Positions 39,568 through 49,600 of a stretch of 64,000 nt of DNA are shown here, piece by piece (position 1 is the stretch's first letter; each line of letters starts with the position of its first letter). The position numbers were made by a program, and so were the translations under genes. The notes below the pieces were generated by a model. It saw only the letters and a program-made list of their open reading frames with translations, did no database searches and was not told the DNA's origin. Source of the DNA: Clostridia bacterium (GTDB taxonomy: Bacteria; Bacillota; Clostridia; TANB77; CAG-508); the NCBI GenBank assembly GCA_017510245.1, contig JAFWNQ010000013.1:3361-67360 (forward strand), in the 5' to 3' direction.

Positions 39568-41187
39568 ATGAAAAAAGAATTAGGAGCATTAGAAAAACTA
39601 AATAATCAAATTGACGTTGATAAAGAAGTTCTATCTGTTCTACCTAAAAATAATAAAAGGAATTTACAAGCATATAAAAACAAGGCTGATGAAATAAAAC
39701 ATGAATATGTAAATCTCTATGATAATGTTATTTTAGAACTAAAGAGAAGGACAATTAAGATTAAATCCATTGAGATAGATCCTAAGATTGAACAATTAGA
39801 AAATCAAATTAAGGAAATGGATAATGTTAAATTACTTGATAATAATATTACTTCTTTTGAAAAAATGGAATTAGAGGAAGTTCTTTATACACTAAAAAGA
39901 TTTTATAAGAATAATCTAGAACTAGTAAATGAAGCAATTGTTGCCTGCTTAGATAAATTTAGAATGGCAGGGATTAATTTAAGACAAGAAGACTTTGACT
40001 ATAGTATATATACAAATGAATATATGAGAGTATTTTTAGATGATATGAGAAAGGGAGACATTAATTCTTCTCGAATTAAAGATACATTTGAACAAATATA
40101 TTGGAAATGCTCAGATATTATAATTCATATAGAACTAAACTTTAGAAGTTTATATTTTAAATATGAAAAACAAATAAACAAATACTTCTCTGATATTAGT
40201 AAAGATAATATAAAGAGAATTGGACTTAATGAAAAAGAGGCAATTGAAAGATATAATGCATTGCAAAGCCAATTATTAGAGTTAAAAAATAGAGACACTT
40301 CATTAATTGTAGAAAGATTTTTAAAAAATGAAAAAAATCCAAAAGATTATGAAGAATCAAGTATAGAAAAGAATTATAAAAAATTAATTGGTAAAGATGT
40401 AAATGAATTGACTCCTGAAGAGCTTGTAGAAATTAATAAAAATATATACAGACTTCAAAATAGCTTATATGAATATAAACATTATTTAGAATTTAAGTAT
40501 ATATATGATGATGCAATAGAGGTATACAAAGATAATGAAAAATATAAAAACCTATATAACCAAAAGTATAAACAAATTAAAAAATTAGAGTCAAAATTAC
40601 GTAAAGCTAATAATAGGTTAAAAAAATATGAAAACCATATTGGAATTTTAAAAAAGATATTTAAAAGAAATACTAATAGGTTGGAAGAAGCAAATATAGA
40701 TATAAACAGCATTATTTTACAGTTAAGAGATGAATATAGAAAACTTGAAGAATACAAAACAAAAAATATCATTTCTACTGTGTTAAATGATGGATCTACT
40801 ATTTATGATGTTCTTATATTAGTATGTCAATTTCATAATTTTTTGGTTGACAGTATTATAAAGCAGAATCCCGATATAACTCAAGAAAACATTGAAGAAA
40901 GTATTAAGAAATATAATAGTTTTGTAAAATATCCTAGAATTACAATTATAAACAATATTAATATTAATGAAGATAAGAATATGGTTTTAATGATTAAGGA
41001 TAAGTACAATTTATGTAATCTTAATATTGAAAAGGGTGATTTAGATGTGGATAATTTGCCAAATCTAATAACTACAGTTAATAATATATGTGACAGTAAT
41101 TATATAAAAAATAGTAGTATTTCTGTTGATGAAATAAAATTTGTTTTGCAGAGTGAAAAGATACTAATTGAAAACAACAAGATATAG
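39568..41187 (+). CDS. Large coiled-coil cytoplasmic protein
   Basis: 539 aa with Lys/Glu-rich heptad-like repeats and no TM. Confidence 0.5.
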   Translation: MKKELGALEKLNNQIDVDKEVLSVLPKNNKRNLQAYKNKADEIKHEYVNLYDNVILELKRRTIKIKSIEIDPKIEQLENQIKEMDNVKLLDNNITSFEKMELEEVLYTLKRFYKNNLELVNEAIVACLDKFRMAGINLRQEDFDYSIYTNEYMRVFLDDMRKGDINSSRIKDTFEQIYWKCSDIIIHIELNFRSLYFKYEKQINKYFSDISKDNIKRIGLNEKEAIERYNALQSQLLELKNRDTSLIVERFLKNEKNPKDYEESSIEKNYKKLIGKDVNELTPEELVEINKNIYRLQNSLYEYKHYLEFKYIYDDAIEVYKDNEKYKNLYNQKYKQIKKLESKLRKANNRLKKYENHIGILKKIFKRNTNRLEEANIDINSIILQLRDEYRKLEEYKTKNIISTVLNDGSTIYDVLILVCQFHNFLVDSIIKQNPDITQENIEESIKKYNSFVKYPRITIINNININEDKNMVLMIKDKYNLCNLNIEKGDLDVDNLPNLITTVNNICDSNYIKNSSISVDEIKFVLQSEKILIENNKI

Positions 41188-41217
41188 AAAGAGAAAGGAT
41201 ATTTATTTTTAAAGAAA

Positions 41218-41805
41218 ATGACAATACAAAAGAATGGAGATATTAAATTATTAAAAGCAATTATAGTTTATCTTGCATATATAATAATTGTACCTTTTAT
41301 CATATATGATGTATATCTAATTGCACACAAAATTATGAATCCAAATTCTTCTCCTGAAATATTTGGAATGAAAACATTTAATATTATTTCAGGGAGTATG
41401 GAACCTAATATAAGTGTTGATGATATAGTAATTACAAAAAAGTGTGATAAGCTGGATATTCAATTGAATGATATTATCACATATAGAGCTGAAGGAGAAA
41501 CTATAACACATAGAGTTATCAATATAGAATTTATTAATAATAAAGTCTACTATACAACAAAGGGTGATTCTAATGAAGTGGCTGATTTAAAAAAAGTAGA
41601 GTATAGTCAAATAGAAGGTAAATATGTTGGAAGAATACCAAAGATAGGAAAGATATTTATTTTCTTTAAGAATAGTATAAACTTTTTTATAACTTTAACA
41701 ATTCTATTCTTATGCTACTTATGGCAGAGGAAAAGTATAAAAAAGAAGATTTTAAGAAAAGAAAAGAGAATTAAATTTGAAAGAAAAATGAGTTACACTA
41801 AATAG
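41218..41805 (+). CDS. sipW: Signal peptidase I, SipW type (third catalytic copy)
   Basis: ISGSMEPNISVDDIVI and ITHRVI motifs. N- and C-terminal TM helices. Confidence 0.8.
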   Translation: MTIQKNGDIKLLKAIIVYLAYIIIVPFIIYDVYLIAHKIMNPNSSPEIFGMKTFNIISGSMEPNISVDDIVITKKCDKLDIQLNDIITYRAEGETITHRVINIEFINNKVYYTTKGDSNEVADLKKVEYSQIEGKYVGRIPKIGKIFIFFKNSINFFITLTILFLCYLWQRKSIKKKILRKEKRIKFERKMSYTK

Positions 41806-41828
41806 TGTAACTCATTTTATAGTGAAAT

Positions 41829-43454
41829 TTATTTTTTTAATGGTAAATCATATTTAATTTTAAAACATGAGAATTTATCTAATTCATTATCATCTAAACA
41901 ATCTAAATAAATATCTAATTCATCCAAATCCTTACAAGCAGAAATGATAGCAGGATTTAAATCGGATTGAAACATTAATTCGAATCCTAACTCAATGGCT
42001 TCTTTTAAAGAACCTTTTTCTTTCTTTTTAATTAATTGAAAAGCTTCTCTAAATCTAGACTTAATTGGATTTTTGTATGTCTCCATAGGAACGACATACT
42101 CTTTTTCAATAATCTCTTCTAAACTAGAATACTTATTACTTGATTTTAATTTTTCCTTTATATCATCAAGCTTATAAGGAAGAATTACTTTTTTATTAGA
42201 ATCTGAAATAATTAAAGTATCATTATCTGATAAAGTATAGGTACTATCAATAATACTTGTTTCTGCTATATCATCATCTTGCTTAACGACTTTTTTATCT
42301 TCAGAAGATATATCATCATTATTCTGATCTGAATTATTATTTGCATCAGAATTATTATTGTTTTCAGCTGGAGAATTTTCAATAATTGTTTCTGCTTTTG
42401 CTTTTGCATTTGAAGAAGTCTTTTTTTGTTCAACTTTATCAAGTTCTTTAGTGATTTGAACTTCAGGCTCTATAGTTTCTTCAACGATATTATCATTATT
42501 TTCTGATAAAGAAGTAGAAGTGTGTGATAGTATGCTAGAATCAAAGCTTTCATCAGTAAAATTAATAATTCCACTTTCAGCTACTAGATTTACTTCACTA
42601 TTTGATATTTCTATTTCTATAAAATCATCACTTTTTGATACTTTAGAAACTTTGGTAATAGGTGATAATTCTAATTTTTCATTTGTGATAATTTTATAAT
42701 TTGATTTTATTTTTGCAATGTATAAGATATCACCATTGCTTGAATTTGAAATTTGAACACCTGATGTTTTTAATGATAAATTAAAACTTTCATCTTTAAT
42801 ATGTATGCTTGCAACTTCATTTTTAAATGAAATCTTATAATTTTCTTGAACTGTTGAAATTACTAAACTATCAGTTTCCTTTTTAGGAAAGAAACATAAT
42901 AGATCTGAAGCATATACATCAACATTTTTTTTGATAAAATCAAATTCTGATTTTGTTTTTTGACTACTTGAAGAAGAATATGTAATATCAAGGAAAGAAC
43001 AAGGCTTTAAAATATCATTTTTATATTTGTTTAGATTTGCTGAAATCTTTATATCTTCTTTGGAAGCAATGTTTTCAAAGTTAGTAATTGTTTGATAAAG
43101 AAGACTTTGAAGCAATTCAATATCATTATTTGTTTTTAATACTAGAGCATTATAAGTATTAATGTCTTTTGCGCTAAGTTTAAATTGCTTTTCTAATAAG
43201 TCTAAAGCATCATTTAAAGAATCTATACCTTCAACAATTGAATCAATTTGTTCAAGTGAACTTGTCAAATTATTCAAAAACATTGTTTTAATGTATTCAT
43301 TATCTATTTGTAATTCTTTAAATTCAGCAATATAAGAAGATAAAGAATTCTTAATATCTTTTTCATAAATAATATATTCATTTACAAGCTTTTTTTCAGC
43401 ATGTACCAATGCTTTAACATTTGTTTTTTTTTGAATTTTGTAGCATGTTAACAT
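41829..43454 (-). CDS. Coiled-coil / Ser-Asn-Asp-rich hypothetical protein, divergent from the giant protein gene
   Basis: 541 aa, no TM. Bidirectional terminator GAGTTACAC/GTGTAACTC at its 3' end (41786..41815). Confidence 0.45.
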   Translation of the reverse strand: MLTCYKIQKKTNVKALVHAEKKLVNEYIIYEKDIKNSLSSYIAEFKELQIDNEYIKTMFLNNLTSSLEQIDSIVEGIDSLNDALDLLEKQFKLSAKDINTYNALVLKTNNDIELLQSLLYQTITNFENIASKEDIKISANLNKYKNDILKPCSFLDITYSSSSSQKTKSEFDFIKKNVDVYASDLLCFFPKKETDSLVISTVQENYKISFKNEVASIHIKDESFNLSLKTSGVQISNSSNGDILYIAKIKSNYKIITNEKLELSPITKVSKVSKSDDFIEIEISNSEVNLVAESGIINFTDESFDSSILSHTSTSLSENNDNIVEETIEPEVQITKELDKVEQKKTSSNAKAKAETIIENSPAENNNNSDANNNSDQNNDDISSEDKKVVKQDDDIAETSIIDSTYTLSDNDTLIISDSNKKVILPYKLDDIKEKLKSSNKYSSLEEIIEKEYVVPMETYKNPIKSRFREAFQLIKKKEKGSLKEAIELGFELMFQSDLNPAIISACKDLDELDIYLDCLDDNELDKFSCFKIKYDLPLKK

Positions 43455-43610
43455 GTTCCTTTCTTTGGTAAAAAATAACTCAAAAAAATTATAACATAAA
43501 AAATAAAAAATGACTATAAAAAAATAAAAAAAAGTTATAAATTTTGTAGAAAAAAGAAAATAATATGCTATAATATAAATGGAAAATTGTAAAACTTAAG
43601 AGGAGAAAAA

Positions 43611-46600
43611 ATGATTTATAGAAAATCTTTATATAATAAAAAATTAAATAAAAGAAGAATGATAACAGTTATAACATTTGGAATAGTTTTTTTAATATCT
43701 ACTATAGCATACTATTTTGTTAGCCTATCATCAGCACAGAATGTATTAAAAGCTATGGTATATGTTATAGATGAAGAAGCAGAAGTTGAAATAACCAACT
43801 ATGAGTTGAAGGTTCCTGAGGAATCTGGAGAATACATTGCTAATTTTGAAATGTACCAAAATGGATTTAAGATAAAAAAATATACTGTTACTACAGAAAA
43901 AGAATTCAATGATATTAAAAGTAAATACGAAGGAGGAGATGTAGTAACAAATGAGAATGAAACAGATGAGACAAGTAAAAATGAAGATACTAACATAGAA
44001 AATAATTCTACTGATGAAATACAAAAAGAGAGTGAAGAAACAAATGATGAAGAAAAGAAGATAGAAATAACAAGCGGAGAAAAATATGAATTAACAACAA
44101 GAGAGATAGAACAAAAAAAGATTTATCTTATAGCACAATATGACTATAAAGAACAAAAAGGAGAAAAACTATACAATAAAGTCTTATCAAATACAGCAAA
44201 TAATAATAGTATTAGTATTACTGGCTATATGCCAAAAGACTCAACGATAAAAGTTAACGAAGTTGAAAAAACAGGTGTTGAGGACATAATTAAAGGTAAT
44301 TTCCAAGATGTAAATAAAAATGTAAATTTGGAATCTGCTTATGATATAAAAATTGTTTCAAAAGGAAATGAATATGAACCAGAAGATTTTGGTGAAAGCG
44401 TAAAAGTTTCAATTACTGGGATTGATGGAAAAACCATTAATGTTTGGCATGTAAAAGATGACAACACAGTTGAAATGATGGAATCATATAACAAAAATGA
44501 TAGTGTATCTTTTAAAAGTGATAGCTTCTCAATTTATGGAGTTGAAGTAGTAGAAGAAGAGGAAAAGGTAGAAGAAACTGACGAATCATTTCAAATCAAT
44601 AATAGTATAAAAGCAGCGCCTAGAAGAGCTCCAGCAAGAAATCTGCCTGATAGTATATTAGAAATTGACGATTATACATCAGACTACTATTATTATTTAG
44701 GACAAAATTACACATCTGACATTTCAGGAGAAAACCAAGAAATCTATTCAGAAAGTGATATGGCTAGAGTTACAGTTAATTATTACGGCTTTGCAGAAGG
44801 AGAAACCGATGCAGAACGTAAAGGAAGAATATCATTTGATGAAACACAAGACATAGTTAAGAATATTAGATGCTTACCGATTGTTAATGGTAGTGTTTCA
44901 ATAGAGTTAATGGATAATCCGTTTATGGATAAGCCAACAGGATATGGATTTGGAGGTTGGACTTCGTCAGCAGGGCAAATCAGTAAGGATTCCCACACCA
45001 ATGTTCAAACATTGACAGTAAGTACATCTGGAGATATAGTAGTTAATGTTTATGCGAATTGGCAAGAAGCCACAGTCGTTTATGTAAATGGAGAAGATGG
45101 AAATGATAATCTAAATGATGGATTAACAGAAGATAAACCATTTGGATCATGGGAGGCTGCATTTAAATATATTTCATCTCATAACAAAAGTGATAGAGAA
45201 AAAAATATCATAGTAGTAACTGGAGATTTAGATACGAGTATAAATTATACAAGACCAATAACTCAGAGAATAGCTAAACCAGCAGATGTAACGTTTACTT
45301 CTTCAACAACAGTTATTACTGGCACTGAAGTGGTTTTAGCAACTAATACTGGCAACAATGGAAATGCAATAACTGCATCTGGGTCAGGTGTTGTAAATAC
45401 GCAATTAAGCACAAATGAATTACCACCTGATGAAATAAAGTGGGTAATAACAGTTTCTGGAAATGGAAATAATGCTAGATATACTATATATAATCCTGCA
45501 ACTAATATGTATTTAGCTTGCAGTAGTAGTGGTGTTTTATCTATGAGTTCAACAGCAACACAGTTTAGATATAACAATAGAAGATTTTATTATACTGGAA
45601 CTAGATACTCATATTATTTGAGGTATACAAATGGAAGTTGGACTACATCAACTAGTTCATATAATGGGCAACAGTTTTATTTTTTAACATATACAGCTGT
45701 TGTAGATGAAAATGCAGAAGAAATAATTACTACAACAAGAGGGAGTCTAGCTGCTAATACATATTATTCAACAAGTCAAAATATACCTGTAACTGTAACT
45801 AGCTTATATAATCATACTGATTATAGGAGTGATGCTACAATTGATCTTACAACCTCAAATTATGATGATTTTGACATTCGTGCTGACTTTCAAATGAACC
45901 ATGTTAAAATAAATGCTAGTGGGTATACTACAAATAATGATGGAACAACTTTTTCTACATCATATCCTTGGCTTACCGGATATGCACATAATGTTAGAAT
46001 AGGAAGAGGAATCCAATGTGCAAATACACAAACTGCAGGATGCACTTTTGCAAATGTAATTGGAGGTGCAACTTCAGTAACTAATAACTATAATAATGCA
46101 TACAAACTAGTAGTGGAATCAGGAAAATACTCTTCTATTCAAGGATTCAATAGAAATGGAGCAAACAACTCATATTATGGAACAGTATTCCTTACCTTAG
46201 GAAATGATATTGATAGAAAAGATGCAAGTAATGACGACCTATCTGTATATAACATAACAACAATTAATTCAGGTGGTGGAACAAATGGAAAATCTAATAT
46301 TAGAGAAAAGGCCTGGCTAATAAATGTTAAAAGTGGAAAGTTTGGTACAGATTTTTTTGATACAAATGGAGCAAATAATGTTGATAGTGCTTATGCAGGA
46401 ATATATATGGGCGGATATGGAGCCTCTTCTTCAAATACAGTAAGAGATATTAGTGATAGATATATGATTGTAGAGGGAGGATTAATTGCCAATATAATTG
46501 GCGGACTTAAAACTACATCTAATTCTGGAGTTCTAACAAAATTTTATATGAAAGGTGGGGAAGCCTATAACATTGTTGGTGGAGCTGGTGTTTCAGCTAC

Positions 46601-49600
46601 TTATGAAGATCGATTTATCCAAATAACAGGAGGAAAAGTTAGATATAGTGTAAGTGGTGGATCAAATGGTGTTTATGCTTCAAGTACTACAAATAATGGA
46701 AAGCTTAATGGTGATACATTAGTATATGTTGGAGGAACAGCTCAGATTGGTACAGATGCAACATTATCTTCAACTGTTTATGGAGTTAAGGCAGGATGTG
46801 TATTAGGTGCAGGTAATGGTAACTATGATTATCGTAATAGTGGTGCTGGACAAGTATATACTACACATATTTTAGTAAATGATAGTGCTCATATATTAAA
46901 TAGTGTATATGGTGGTGGAAACTACGGAATAGTAGGAACAAGTGGTTCAACTACGGGTAATACAAAAATAGATATAATGGGAGGCACAATAGATCAAAAT
47001 GTATATGGAGGTGCTAATCAAAATAATATTTATGGTTCTACAACAATAAATGTTTCAGGAGGGCAAGTTAAAGGTGCAGTATATGGAGGTTCAAACTCTG
47101 AAGGTACAATTTCAACAACATCAAACATAAATGTAACTGGTGGAACTCTTGGAGAAGAATCAAATGGTGCAGATGAAGTATTATTTGGTGGAGGCTATGG
47201 TGCTTCAACTATAGTAACAAATGATGCAACTGTTAATATATTTGACACAGATGATAATGTTAATATATATGGAAGCTGTTATGGAGGAAGCTCTTTAGGG
47301 AGAATGTCTCAGAATGTTACTGTTACAATAAAGGATGATCCTTCAATAGAGAATACAATTAACATTGTAGGAAATGTTTTTGCTGGAGGAAAGGGAAATG
47401 CTGGAAATGCAGCAACTATTAATGGTGATGCCACATTATTAGTGGATGGTAATTCTCTATCACAAGCAAGTGTATTTGGTGGAAATGATATTAATGGTGT
47501 AACAAATGGAGATATAACTGTAAAAATAGGAGAACACTACAGTTCACAAGTATTAAATGTGTATGGTGGTGGTAATGAAGATGATACTGGTACAGAAGCT
47601 GATACCGTAAAAGTGTATTTGCTAGATTATGCAAATGTTACAAATGCTTTTAATGGTGGAAAATCTGCTAATTTAACTACTGGAGGAGTATCAGATACTA
47701 CAAGAGCCATCTATTTAAGGATTGGACATGCTCAAAACATTTTTGGTGGATCAGATACTTCAGGAACAGTTACTGCAAGTCATGTATATATTGAATCTGG
47801 AACTGCAGATAATGTATATGGTGGAAATAATGAAGGTGGAACAACAACTACCTCGTATGTATATATTACAGGAGGAACAACAACAAATGTATATGGAGGG
47901 GGATATTTAGCTACTACTCCAACAACAAATGTTAGTCTTACAGGAGGAACAATTACTAATGGATTTGGTGGAGGAAATGCTGCTAACGTTGGAACAGCAA
48001 ATATAACTCTAAACGGAACAAACTCTACAAATATATATGGAGGTTCAAATTCTTCAGGAACAGTTACAAAGGCAAATGTTACAATTACATCTGGAGCAGC
48101 TACTAATGTGTTTGGTGGAAATAATGCAGGTGGAGACACTGTGGATACCGATGTATTGATAACCTCTCAAGTTAAAAATGTATATGGTGGTGGAAATGAA
48201 GCCATTACTTCAGGAAATACAAATTTAAGATTAACTAATGCAAACATTACTGGAGATGCTTATGGAGGTGGTAATGGTGCTGCAGCTGTAGTAGTAGGAA
48301 ATAGTACTACTTTAGTTGAAGGGACTACTAGAATTGCAGATGATCTTTTTGGTGGAGGAAATGCAGCTGCTAATGGAAATCTTACAAATACTTCAGCTGT
48401 TGTAACAACTCTTATAACTGGAGGAACAATTGTAGGAGATGTTTATGGTGCTGCAAATACATCTGTTGTAAATGGTAATACATTTGTAAAAATAGGAACA
48501 GTAGCGGTTAATAATAATACAATGATAAAGGGAACTATAAATATTGGGGGAACAGTATTTGGAGGAGGAAAGTCAAATAGTGCAGGTTCAGAAACTTATG
48601 ACTTCTCTTTCGAAAGTGTTACTGGAGATGCAAATATAGATATAGATGCAACTGGATATGATGATGGAACATATTCATTCAATATAGGCAAAAGTGTATT
48701 TGGATCTGGAAATGCAGCTAAAATTTCTGGATACGGAATAGTAAATATTACTAATTATGGAACTGCAAGTAGTGTTAAAGAAAATGTATCAATACAAAGA
48801 GCAACTACAGTTACATTAAATAATTGCCATATGTATTTAGAAGGAACAACTGATACAACAAATGAAATTGCAACTGCTGTTTATACTTTTAATAGAATAG
48901 ATGATTTAATAATAAAGAATAATACAACATTATATTTGGAAAGTGGTGTAAATATTGTTTCTAAGATGGAAAGTTTAAACTCTTCAGGCGCAAAAGAAAC
49001 AGTAACAATTGGGGACAATGGAATAACAAACCAAAATGTAAATAATAAAATATATGTTGCTCAAGGTAGAAATATAATATTAAGAACTGAAGCAGGAACT
49101 GATGGAGAAGTATATGGAATGGCTTTTGTTGGACTGTTTAAAGGATCAACGAATCGTGAGTTTGGCATATATGGAAGCTCTTATACACAAGGAAGTTCGA
49201 TTTCAAGTGAAGTGGCAGATTTGTTTAACAGAAACTCTTATGTACAGGGAAAACATTATAATAATCATAATATTAAGGCAGATGGATTTTATACAAACTA
49301 TAATGATAATGGTGTAGTAAAAGTAGACTATATTACTCCAACACCAGAAGATGCAACATATTATCAGTGGATTATGGGAGAAAAATCAACAGACATTTAT
49401 TATGAAGACATAGAATTAATTGCTACAAAATATGCTACAACAGCTACATATGTGCTAAACTTGAATGGTTTAAGCTATCCTAATATGACGATAAATGTAG
49501 TAGGATTTGATGTTTCAGAATTAACAGGAAACATTACACTAAATGATCCAGGCACTATTCCAAATATTGCATCAACTGCACAAGAAGCTGATTCAAAATT